Below, piece by piece: positions 8,490 to 15,792 of a DNA stretch of 64,000 bases. Both the position numbers and the translations under genes were made by a program. The stretch covers positions 1-64,000 of the IMG/VR virus record IMGVR_UViG_3300045988_177154, one strand, 5' to 3'. Each line of letters opens with the position of its first letter. The stretch's first letter is position 1. The notes below the pieces were generated by a model. That model saw nothing but the letters and a program-made list of their open reading frames with translations. It was not told where the DNA came from and searched no databases. The DNA comes from a virus.

Positions 8490-9416
8490 TTACAAGCCAT
8501 AAAGTTCTTTCTTGAACTTCGCATAATTTTCCCATTTTTTAGCCAATAAATCTTCATTATCTTTAAAGTATTCATATTGGAGAGCTTCGTTTAAATTATC
8601 ATAATCAAATCCACTTGATTTAGATTCATAGTAATACCCCCAGTTATCAACTCCAGCATCTTCCAAATAGCTTAATTTTTCTTCGGCTTTTAATGAGCTC
8701 CATTCTTTTTCGTCATTTTCTGCTAATTCAATAGCATAATCATAACCACCCCAGTTATCTACTCCACCATTACTCAAATTTCGATAAATGTCTGCTTTGG
8801 TCAAACCATCAACATAATCAGATTTAATAATGCTCATATACTCATAACAATCTTTAATGTTGTATTTATCAAGCAATTCTAATGTTTTCATAAAATCTGC
8901 TTCATGAGTAGGATAAGAGAAGAAATAAACAAAAATCTCTCCTGGTCGTTTAACAATTTTATGAAGGTAGTATTTTTTAGGATTAAATTCTTTAAAGGTA
9001 ATCTTAGTTTCATCAAATTCTGATTCTTTAATTAGATATGATTTAATTGTCTTTGAGCCAATAATGATGTTTACTGTTATTTTTTCATCTTTGACATCAG
9101 CTAGAGCTTTAGTAATAATAGTTTCCAAATGATTTTCTATTTCTGTTAAAGGAAAGCTCGGGAGTCGTTTTTGCAGTTCAATTACTCGGATTTTTACTGC
9201 ACCATTATGAATTTTATCAATATTGTTATTTAGGTAAAAAATCAAATCGAACCAGCTCGAATAGCCAAAGCGTTTAGCTAAATTCTCAGCAAATATTGTA
9301 ATTTCTTTCTTTTCTGATAATTCTTTTGCTTTTTGTTCAGACTCTTTAGCTTCTGAAAGAGTTTTGAAAATCTTTCCAGTAATTTCATCTTTATAAGCAG
9401 TAACTTCTTTAACCAT
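8490..9416 (-). CDS. hypothetical protein with duplicated GVDNWG(G)Y motif
   Basis: 308-aa ORF. GGVDNWGGYDYA and AGVDNWGYYYES lie about 40 aa apart. Confidence 0.75.
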   Translation of the reverse strand: MVKEVTAYKDEITGKIFKTLSEAKESEQKAKELSEKKEITIFAENLAKRFGYSSWFDLIFYLNNNIDKIHNGAVKIRVIELQKRLPSFPLTEIENHLETIITKALADVKDEKITVNIIIGSKTIKSYLIKESEFDETKITFKEFNPKKYYLHKIVKRPGEIFVYFFSYPTHEADFMKTLELLDKYNIKDCYEYMSIIKSDYVDGLTKADIYRNLSNGGVDNWGGYDYAIELAENDEKEWSSLKAEEKLSYLEDAGVDNWGYYYESKSSGFDYDNLNEALQYEYFKDNEDLLAKKWENYAKFKKELYGL

Positions 9417-9433
9417 TTTTATAAACCTTTCTT

Positions 9434-9877
9434 TTAAAAACCTTTTACAATATCTTGTTGTTTTTCTGATAAAGCAAAGTAATTAGCATTTAGCCATTCT
9501 TCTTGTTTTTTACTTAATGAATCTGTATTTTTAATAACCATTTCAAATAGTTCATTATAAACATCTTTTCCATAACTGAAATAAATAGCATTTTTAATTT
9601 CATTTTCATAAATGCTCAACACTTCTGAATGAGCCCCATAAACACATTCATAAAATTTGCCATCTTCACTGAGCCATCCACATAAACCTTCATTTTCCAC
9701 AAATGGGCGTGTGTCTGAATAATCCCAATCTTCGATTTCATCATTGTCAGGTTTCAAAAAGAAACCACCAACTTTATTTACATATAAAGTTTTATGTGTT
9801 CGCAATTCATCTTCCATTTTAGGCAATTTGCTTAACATTCGTTCCAACAAATCAATGTTATTAGCAAGACGAATCAT
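9434..9877 (-). CDS. hypothetical protein, now separated from its upstream promoter by the IS607 element
   Basis: ORF track 9434..10006. Codons upstream of MIRLANN (9877) are read-through into the IS left end, so the start is placed at 9877. The SD is weak. Confidence 0.6.
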   Translation of the reverse strand: MIRLANNIDLLERMLSKLPKMEDELRTHKTLYVNKVGGFFLKPDNDEIEDWDYSDTRPFVENEGLCGWLSEDGKFYECVYGAHSEVLSIYENEIKNAIYFSYGKDVYNELFEMVIKNTDSLSKKQEEWLNANYFALSEKQQDIVKGF

Positions 9878-9879
9878 TA

Positions 9880-9894
9880 AATTTTTCTTGTGAA
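9880..9894 (+). repeat. 15-bp direct repeat at the left boundary of the IS607 element
   Basis: AATTTTTCTTGTGAA is identical to 12076-12090. Confidence 0.8.
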
Positions 9895-9943
9895 ACAAAC
9901 AGTTTCTGATATTATATGCAAATATAACTAAGGATGGTGAAAT

Positions 9944-10573
9944 ATGACTATATATAAAGTAGGAGAATTTGCAGAAAAAATTGGAGTTAGTATAAGTACT
10001 TTGCAAAGATGGGATAGAACTGATGTGTTAAAATCAAAGAGAACACCCACTAATCAAAGATATTACACTGACGAAGATTTGAATAAAGTTCTGAACTTAG
10101 AAGCTGAAACAAAAACTAAGCGAAAAAACGTTGGATATTGTAGAGTATCAACACAAGGGCAAAAACATAATTTAGAAAATCAAAAAGAATTTGTTTCAGT
10201 ATATAGTTTAAGTCACGGAGTAATATTAGATGAAATTTATACAGATATTGGAAGTGGCTTGAATTACAAAAGAAAAAATTGGAGTATATTATTAAAACTT
10301 GTTGAAAATAACGAAATAGATAAAATATATGTTACTTACAAAGATAGATTTGTTCGTTTTGGCTATGAATGGTTTGAAGAGTTTTGTGCTTCACATGGAA
10401 CTGAAATAATCGTTTTGAATCAAAAGCAAACAAGCCCCGAAGAAGAATTAACTGAAGATTTATTATCTATACTCCATGTTTTTAGTGAAAGAAATAATGA
10501 TTTGAAAAAATATAAAACAGAAATCAATAAGGAATTGAAAGAAATCAATGAGAAGAAAGAAGAAAGAGACTGA
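9944..10573 (+). CDS. tnpA: IS607-family serine recombinase TnpA (MerR-like HTH + resolvase catalytic domain)
   Basis: N-terminal YKVGEFAEKIGVSISTLQRWDR HTH. Catalytic-serine motif VGYCRVSTQGQ. Overlaps tnpB by 26 nt. Confidence 0.85.
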   Translation: MTIYKVGEFAEKIGVSISTLQRWDRTDVLKSKRTPTNQRYYTDEDLNKVLNLEAETKTKRKNVGYCRVSTQGQKHNLENQKEFVSVYSLSHGVILDEIYTDIGSGLNYKRKNWSILLKLVENNEIDKIYVTYKDRFVRFGYEWFEEFCASHGTEIIVLNQKQTSPEEELTEDLLSILHVFSERNNDLKKYKTEINKELKEINEKKEERD

Positions 10574-11807
10574 AAATCCAATTCCAACTATAACAAGAGC
10601 TCATAAAATTAGAATATATCCCAACAAACATAATCAAGAAGTTTTTCAAAAATATTATGACTATCAACGTTCAATATGGAATAGAGCAATAGATGAAAGA
10701 AATGCTCAATATAAAATCTATAAAGAAATGAAAGCTACTGGATTATATACTCAAAAAGAATTGAATAAGAATTATTTTCCACATACCAACAATTTAAGAA
10801 AAATGGAAAAATTTGATTGGGAAAATAATTTCCATTGTAGAGTAAGAGAGATTCAATTTGATAATTTATGCCAAGCTTGGGATAATTTCTTTAATCCAAA
10901 CATGCCTAATCACAAAAAGCCTAAATACAAGAAGAAAAAAGATGTTGAAACTCATAAGAAACTTGCTTTAAGAAGAGTGAGAACAAAAGGCAAATGGCTT
11001 TTCTTGCCAAAATCTCTAAAATCAAAACCTGAATATAGATTTACTAGAATCAAAATGGCGCAAGAATTAAGATTTGATGGACGAGTAGTAGATGATTTTT
11101 CTGTTTCTGTTGAAAATAATAAATGGTATGTAACTATAACTGTTGAAACACAACTTGAAGAAAAAATTGCAATATCTAATCATTCTACTGGTATTGATGT
11201 AAATGTTGGTTCTATTGACTACTTAAAGAAAGACGGTACAAATAAAGAATATGATAAATTTTATTTATTACCGAAATCATTGCTTAGACAATATGATAAA
11301 ATTAAATTTTATTCAAGAGTAATTTCTAAGAAACGGAATAAAAATCCTTATTATAAGTATAGTAAAAGTTATAAAGAAACGATAACCAAGCTTAATAATG
11401 CTTATACTAAAGCTTATAATATTCAAGAAGCAAATTTAAACAATATGGTTAAATATTTCTTTGATAATTACAATAGGATTGTTATTGAGGATTTAGATGT
11501 TAATTCTATGAAAATGAATAAAAGATTATGTAAATCATTACATAGAAATGCTTTTGGTCGTTTTAAACGAAAGATGGTTAACAAAGCTGAAGAATATAAT
11601 GTAGAGTTCATATTGGCAGATAGATATTTCCCAAGCACTCAAACTTGTTCAGAGTGTGGTCATATTAAGACTGGTGATGAAAAATTATTCCTATGGGGAG
11701 ATAAATATGGTAATGACCACAATACTTATGTTTGTTATAATTGTGGAACAATTCAAGATAGAACTGAAAATGCCATCTTAAATCTCGTTAATTATGGAAA
11801 ACGCTAA
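10548..11807 (+). CDS. tnpB: TnpB RNA-guided endonuclease (intact RuvC and zinc ribbon)
   Basis: RuvC-I GIDVNVG, RuvC-II IVIEDLDV, Zn ribbon CSECG...CYNCG, RuvC-III DRTENAILNL. Confidence 0.85.
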   Translation: MRRKKKETENPIPTITRAHKIRIYPNKHNQEVFQKYYDYQRSIWNRAIDERNAQYKIYKEMKATGLYTQKELNKNYFPHTNNLRKMEKFDWENNFHCRVREIQFDNLCQAWDNFFNPNMPNHKKPKYKKKKDVETHKKLALRRVRTKGKWLFLPKSLKSKPEYRFTRIKMAQELRFDGRVVDDFSVSVENNKWYVTITVETQLEEKIAISNHSTGIDVNVGSIDYLKKDGTNKEYDKFYLLPKSLLRQYDKIKFYSRVISKKRNKNPYYKYSKSYKETITKLNNAYTKAYNIQEANLNNMVKYFFDNYNRIVIEDLDVNSMKMNKRLCKSLHRNAFGRFKRKMVNKAEEYNVEFILADRYFPSTQTCSECGHIKTGDEKLFLWGDKYGNDHNTYVCYNCGTIQDRTENAILNLVNYGKR

Positions 11808-12075
11808 TTAAAAGTTAGTAATTTATATTACTATTGAGCGAAGTGTAGGTGGCACTTGCTCGTTAAATAAGAATGGGTGAACAATCAACCTCTGTGACTT
11901 GAGTTATTGCTTTCTTAGGAGAGAATAATTTTTGTTGGAATGTTGGTGACAGAATACGCACCCGAAGAAAGTGTATATAATAAAAGTTTCTTATATAGTG
12001 AAGCATAAATTAGAATATTTAATTATGTTTCAACACACTTTCTACACCTGAATTAAATCAATGTACCAAAGATAG
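11780..12075 (+). ncRNA. candidate omega (re)RNA of the IS607 TnpB
   Basis: About 270 bp of ORF-free, locally GC-richer sequence lies between the tnpB stop and the right-end repeat, where TnpB guide RNAs are encoded. Boundaries are not determined. Confidence 0.4.
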
Positions 12076-12152
12076 AATTTTTCTTGTGAAGTATATTCTT
12101 CCTTGAATTGAAGTTCCTTGTACCAATTTCCGTTAATTTTAACATAAGTCAT
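12042..12152 (-). CDS. small ORF (36 aa) whose 3' end reads into the IS607 right end; probably an insertion-truncated phage gene
   Basis: MTYVKINGNWYKELQFKEEYTSQEKF... sits behind the promoter at 12188-12216. The frame crosses the 15-bp repeat into IS sequence. Confidence 0.4.
   Translation of the reverse strand: MTYVKINGNWYKELQFKEEYTSQEKFYLWYIDLIQV
12076..12090 (+). repeat. 15-bp direct repeat at the right boundary of the IS607 element
   Basis: AATTTTTCTTGTGAA is identical to 9880-9894. Confidence 0.8.
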
Positions 12153-12187
12153 TTTATAAAATGTCCTTTCATATTCTTTCTTTAAAT

Positions 12188-12216
12188 ATTGTATAATAAA
12201 AATTTTCTTTTGTCAA
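12188..12216 (-). promoter_or_regulatory. sigma-A-type promoter TTGACA-17-TACAAT
   Basis: Plus strand reads ATTGTA (12188-12193) and TGTCAA (12211-12216). It now drives only the truncated small ORF and then runs into the IS. Confidence 0.75.
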
Positions 12217-12246
12217 CAAAAAATAAATAAAATTAAATAGTTATAA

Positions 12247-12365
12247 AAACGAACAATTTAGCCAGATGCTGGCTAAGAATGTAGCACGATTCACGAATAT
12301 TAAAAACCAATTTTAGCCATGAATGAAGCCTAGTTTACGAACAATAGAAATTGTTATTAGCAATT
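12247..12365 (+). repeat. intergenic repeat family B, copy B1
   Basis: Aligns over about 100 bp with the reverse complement of 49899-50028 (ACGAACA.TTTAGCC...GAATGTAGC...TTTACGAAC). ACGAAC and TAGCC/GGCTA units are iterated. Confidence 0.8.
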
Positions 12366-12390
12366 CAATTTTAGAGATTTATAAAAATTT

Positions 12391-12419
12391 TTGACTATTT
12401 TGAAAATAAAAGATATAAT
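12391..12419 (+). promoter_or_regulatory. sigma-A-type promoter TTGACT-17-TATAAT
   Basis: TTGACT at 12391-12396 and TATAAT at 12414-12419. Confidence 0.8.
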
Positions 12420-12452
12420 TAAAATGAAAGACAAAAGTAAAAGGAAAAAAGA

Positions 12453-12875
12453 ATGAAAATATATACAGTAATAGAAAAACGACATATTAAACAAATGACA
12501 CCAAGAGAAAGACAATATTTAAATAACACTGTCAGAAATAACATTAAAGAAAATTGTGAGAATGACGAGCTTGTTGTTTCTTGGCATTCCTTAAATAGAT
12601 TCAAAGAAAAATTTCCAGTAGAACTTACTGAAGAAGATTTGATTGACACTCTATTAACTGGGGATTTCATTGAATATAAAAAAGTTTACGAAAATAACAT
12701 TTTGAAAGATAAGAGAGTGGTACTTAGAAAGAATATGAAGAATGACTCTGAATATGATTTAGTAATTGTTTATTCCTTAATTGATAATAAAATCATTACA
12801 GTTTGGGATAATAAAAATACTGACCAACATTACAGTTTAAATTTGGAAAAATATTCTCGTAGACCTATTTGTTAA
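12453..12875 (+). CDS. hypothetical protein
   Basis: 140-aa ORF with AAAGGAAAAAAGA SD region, a promoter upstream and a terminator downstream. Confidence 0.8.
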   Translation: MKIYTVIEKRHIKQMTPRERQYLNNTVRNNIKENCENDELVVSWHSLNRFKEKFPVELTEEDLIDTLLTGDFIEYKKVYENNILKDKRVVLRKNMKNDSEYDLVIVYSLIDNKIITVWDNKNTDQHYSLNLEKYSRRPIC

Positions 12876-12884
12876 TAAAACTAG

Positions 12885-12916
12885 AAAAGAGCTTATTTAA
12901 TATAAGCTCTTTTTTA
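12885..12916. terminator. bidirectional intrinsic terminator
   Basis: Hairpin AAAAGAGCTTAT-ttaa-ATAAGCTCTTTT between convergent genes. Confidence 0.8.
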
Positions 12917-12929
12917 TATTTCATAATTT

Positions 12930-13523
12930 CTAATTTGGAATTACTTCTAAATTAGTTATATTCAGTTTAACAAGATTGATGAAATCTTCTATATCTTTGT
13001 AAGTTACTTTATCCGTTGTTTTGTAATAATGCAGATTAAGATTTCCATTTTCATTTTCAGTTAGCCTAATAAAGAATTTAGCTGATTGAAAATGAAGCAT
13101 TTTATATTCGTGATTGTTAAATAAATAGCGTTTAAATAAATAACACCAATTTTCTTTATCAATTCTTATTTTACTAAAATCTGAATAAGTTAAATTAACT
13201 ATCTTATAGAACAAATCTTTAAACTCATATTTAACAGCTTGACAGCAAGGTATTGCTTCACTTTTTTGAAAAGCACAATTGAGCAAATCCTCTCTTGTCA
13301 ACGAGTCTAAAGTCTTAAATGCTAATTCTTCAATTCCACCTTTAAATGTAACAAACAATGATGGCAATTCTCTTTTTGTTTCAACGATTTCTATACTGTT
13401 ATAATAAGGGAAAATATTTATTATTCCATATTCAAAAGGTACTTCAATCATAACATCTGATTGATTAAAGGATTCCGGCAAATCAAATTTTCTTAAATTA
13501 TAGTGGCTTTTTATTTTATTCAT
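12930..13523 (-). CDS. hypothetical protein
   Basis: 197-aa ORF. Confidence 0.75.
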   Translation of the reverse strand: MNKIKSHYNLRKFDLPESFNQSDVMIEVPFEYGIINIFPYYNSIEIVETKRELPSLFVTFKGGIEELAFKTLDSLTREDLLNCAFQKSEAIPCCQAVKYEFKDLFYKIVNLTYSDFSKIRIDKENWCYLFKRYLFNNHEYKMLHFQSAKFFIRLTENENGNLNLHYYKTTDKVTYKDIEDFINLVKLNITNLEVIPN

Positions 13524-13595
13524 TTATTAAACTCCTATTTTATTTTGAAATATCTATTAGAAGAGCAATATTTTAAAATTTTTATCTTTTCTTTA

Positions 13596-13624
13596 TTGAC
13601 AAAAGTTAAATATTATTATACAAT
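13596..13624 (+). promoter_or_regulatory. sigma-A-type promoter TTGACA-17-TACAAT
   Basis: TTGACA at 13596-13601 and TACAAT at 13619-13624. Confidence 0.8.
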
Positions 13625-13656
13625 TAGAATATAAAGAAAAATAAGAGGAAATAAAA

Positions 13657-14094
13657 ATGAGAAAAACATATCCTGAGTTTATTGAAAATGCTTATCGTGG
13701 ATTAACCAATTTTGCAAATGTCGGTAGAGATAGATGGGGCACCTTTGAAATAGATGGTTATAGAAAGCTATCAGATGTTCTTAAAAAATCTAAAGATACC
13801 TCTTGGGAATACTTATATGTATATTATAGCGATTTATATATTATGATTCAATTTCTAGCAAATTATGATGAAAAATATGAGCTAGATGAAAATGTTAATA
13901 AAGAAGAATTTATCAAACTTATGGAAAAGAATTTGAATAATCCATATATAAACTGGGATATGATTTACTATCACTTTGAAGATAAATATAAATATAAGTA
14001 TAAATTTGGTTATTTAGGCCGCTCTGACACAATTGTATTGAATGTGCTATTCAAATTTAGCAGAAAACTAAAACAAGAAAATGATTTCTGGTAA
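13657..14094 (+). CDS. hypothetical protein
   Basis: 145-aa ORF with AAGAGGAAA SD. Confidence 0.8.
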   Translation: MRKTYPEFIENAYRGLTNFANVGRDRWGTFEIDGYRKLSDVLKKSKDTSWEYLYVYYSDLYIMIQFLANYDEKYELDENVNKEEFIKLMEKNLNNPYINWDMIYYHFEDKYKYKYKFGYLGRSDTIVLNVLFKFSRKLKQENDFW

Positions 14095-14129
14095 TAATTC
14101 GTGATAAAAAAGAAAATGAGGTGATTGTT

Positions 14130-14549
14130 ATGAATAAAGACATTTTGAATTTTAATAAAGAAATTGCTTTAGAAGTAAGAAAAATTATCAAGAAAACGCA
14201 AGATTTTACAAAAGAACTAATTTTGAAAAGTGCAAAAGAAAAAGGACTTTGTTTAGAAGTTTTGAATGAAGGTGAATGTACCCAATCTTATTTAGTTAAA
14301 AATGTTGAATACATTCTTGAATTGATTGAAAATGAAAAGATTAAATGTACTTCAAAAATGGGTAATAAATTCGGCTTAGCTTATAAAACTTACACTTTTG
14401 AAGATTTACTAATTATTGAAAATCTTAATAAAAAAGATTATTATACAGTAATTTCAAAAGACGAAATTATCAACTTAAACAATTACGAGTCAGATTTTGA
14501 ATCTTTACAATCATTCTTAGATAAATTTATTGAAGTTGAAAAAAATTAG
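14130..14549 (+). CDS. hypothetical protein
   Basis: ORF track starts at GTG 14121. ATG 14130 is preferred (GAGGTG SD, then MNKDIL). Confidence 0.75.
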   Translation: MNKDILNFNKEIALEVRKIIKKTQDFTKELILKSAKEKGLCLEVLNEGECTQSYLVKNVEYILELIENEKIKCTSKMGNKFGLAYKTYTFEDLLIIENLNKKDYYTVISKDEIINLNNYESDFESLQSFLDKFIEVEKN

Positions 14550-14565
14550 AAATTGTTATTCAAGT

Positions 14566-14680
14566 AAAAATAAGCAACTCTAAGCTGATTTACTGTAGAG
14601 TCGATACATTTATCGAAATTACGATTTTTCAGTTTTAGTGTTGCTTATATTTCGATATAACAACCCCCAAAATCAGTCTT
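14566..14680 (+). repeat. intergenic repeat family A, copy A2
   Basis: AAAATAAGCAACTCTAAGCTGATTTACTGTAGAGTCGATACATTTATCGAAATTACGA...GTTGCTTATATTTCGATATAACAACCCCCAAAATCAGTC. Confidence 0.9.
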
Positions 14681-14754
14681 ATAGATGAATAAAATAGCAA
14701 TTTTTAACTCTCGAACTGTACAACTTAGAAATGTAAAAAAATTTATTATTTTTG

Positions 14755-14783
14755 TTGACAAACTAGATTTCTTGTTGTATAAT
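14755..14783 (+). promoter_or_regulatory. sigma-A-type promoter TTGACA-17-TATAAT with conserved leader
   Basis: TTGACA at 14755-14760 and TATAAT at 14778-14783, followed by ATAACTATAAAGAAATGAAAAAGAGG. Confidence 0.85.
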
Positions 14784-14818
14784 ATAACTATAAAGAAATG
14801 AAAAAGAGGAAATAAGAA

Positions 14819-15082
14819 ATGAAAGATGTAATCAAATTCGAAGTACTAAATTGTAAAAAAGTTGAAACTGCTCTTAAACGTGCTGAAAAACAATTGATTA
14901 AAGACGCTAAAGAACATGGTCTTTATGAAAATATTGGGCAATCTTATGCTCGAGTAATTCGTGATGAATTTCTTTACTCTAAAGGCAAAGATTTTCAATC
15001 TCAAATGAAAGTTGTAGATTTGGTTCAACAATTTGCTAACCGAATGAGTAATCTTTCATTGGCAGAATTGCAATATGCTTAA
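14819..15082 (+). CDS. hypothetical protein
   Basis: 87-aa ORF behind the consensus promoter and leader. Confidence 0.8.
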   Translation: MKDVIKFEVLNCKKVETALKRAEKQLIKDAKEHGLYENIGQSYARVIRDEFLYSKGKDFQSQMKVVDLVQQFANRMSNLSLAELQYA

Positions 15083-15085
15083 TAT

Positions 15086-15114
15086 TTGACTTTTTCAAAT
15101 CATTTTGTTATTAT
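15086..15114 (+). promoter_or_regulatory. sigma-A-type promoter TTGACT-17-TATTAT driving the structured leader
   Basis: TTGACT at 15086-15091 and TATTAT at 15109-15114, followed by ATAAC as in other promoters. Confidence 0.75.
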
Positions 15115-15120
15115 ATAACT

Positions 15121-15338
15121 ATAATTTATTTAGTAGGTTAATTACTGATAGAGGAAGGTTTAGAGTTCTAACCCGGGAAAGGACTCACGAACAGGGCAAT
15201 GGCTGAAATCAAATTCATTTAAGCCGTACAACTTGAAAGAATTGAAAGTAAAAGATTGCCTAAATGGCGGGTCGGCACCGTCCTAAATAAATTTAGATTT
15301 TTGTGAAAATTTTACCGCTACACTAAGAAAGGTAAAAG
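15121..15338 (+). ncRNA. candidate structured 5' leader / riboswitch-like RNA upstream of the 63-aa ORF
   Basis: About 220 nt with no ORF and GC-enriched relative to its flanks. A 12-bp closing helix pairs 15123-15137 with 15282-15293. GGCAAT (about 15195-15200) can pair with ATTGCC (15255-15260). The hairpin 15310-15316/15331-15337 overlaps the SD. Confidence 0.55.
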
Positions 15339-15340
15339 TC

Positions 15341-15532
15341 ATGAAAATTACTATTATGATAAATGGTGTTATCATTTATAAAGGTGGAATCACTTCTTAT
15401 ACTCCTACTCCTTATATTACTCCAAAAGAAAAAGGATATATTTCAAATCTTTTAGAGCTAATTGAAAAAGGAAACAAAAAAGAATGGATTAAACTAAAAG
15501 ATGGTACAACCATTACTATAACTACTTTATAA
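15341..15532 (+). CDS. hypothetical small protein (63 aa)
   Basis: ORF with GAAAGG SD, followed by a terminator. Confidence 0.7.
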   Translation: MKITIMINGVIIYKGGITSYTPTPYITPKEKGYISNLLELIEKGNKKEWIKLKDGTTITITTL

Positions 15533-15534
15533 AA

Positions 15535-15565
15535 AGAGAGCAGAGAAAATCTGCCCTCTTTTTTG
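15535..15565 (+). terminator. intrinsic terminator
   Basis: Hairpin AGAGAGCAG-aaaatct-CTGCCCTCT followed by TTTTTT. Confidence 0.75.
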
Positions 15566-15576
15566 TTATATTCAGA

Positions 15577-15690
15577 ACTGAAAATAAGCAACTCTAAGCT
15601 GTTTTACCCTAAAGTCGATACATTTATAGAAAATCAGTTTTAGCGTTGCTTATGTTTCGATATAACAACCCTTAAATTCAGTTTCAAGAC
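15577..15690 (+). repeat. intergenic repeat family A, copy A3
   Basis: GAAAATAAGCAACTCTAAGCTGTTTTACCCTAAAGTCGATACATTTATAGAAAATCAGTTTTAGCGTTGCTTATGTTTCGATATAACAACCCTTAAATTCAGTTT. Confidence 0.9.
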
Positions 15691-15792
15691 TTAACTAAAA
15701 ACCAAAAATCACTTAAATAAGTAGTAGATTTCATTACTCGTTTTTATTAGATATAACTAAAAAAGAATAATAAAAATAAAAGGAGCTTTTTT

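Larger units (their letters stand above)
9880..12090 (+). mobile_element. IS607-family insertion sequence (tnpA serine recombinase + tnpB + 3' non-coding tail)
   Basis: tnpA and tnpB overlap in the IS607 arrangement. The element is bracketed by the 15-bp direct repeat AATTTTTCTTGTGAA (9880-9894 and 12076-12090). It interrupts a minus-strand phage gene string. Exact ends are uncertain. Confidence 0.8.

Noticed and set aside
9878-10006. The N-terminal extension of ORF 9434..10006 given by the ORF track.
   Set aside because: The extra 43 codons read across the 15-bp boundary repeat into the IS607 left end, antisense to the tnpA start. They are read-through, not native coding sequence, so the start is set at 9877.
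15121-15300. Possible assignment of the structured leader to a known riboswitch class (c-di-GMP-I because of ACAGGGCAA; ykkC/guanidine because of CCCGGGA; also TPP, glycine and cobalamin).
   Set aside because: Only isolated 7-9-nt similarities were found. The order and spacing of the conserved blocks of those classes are not present. It is left as an unclassified structured leader.
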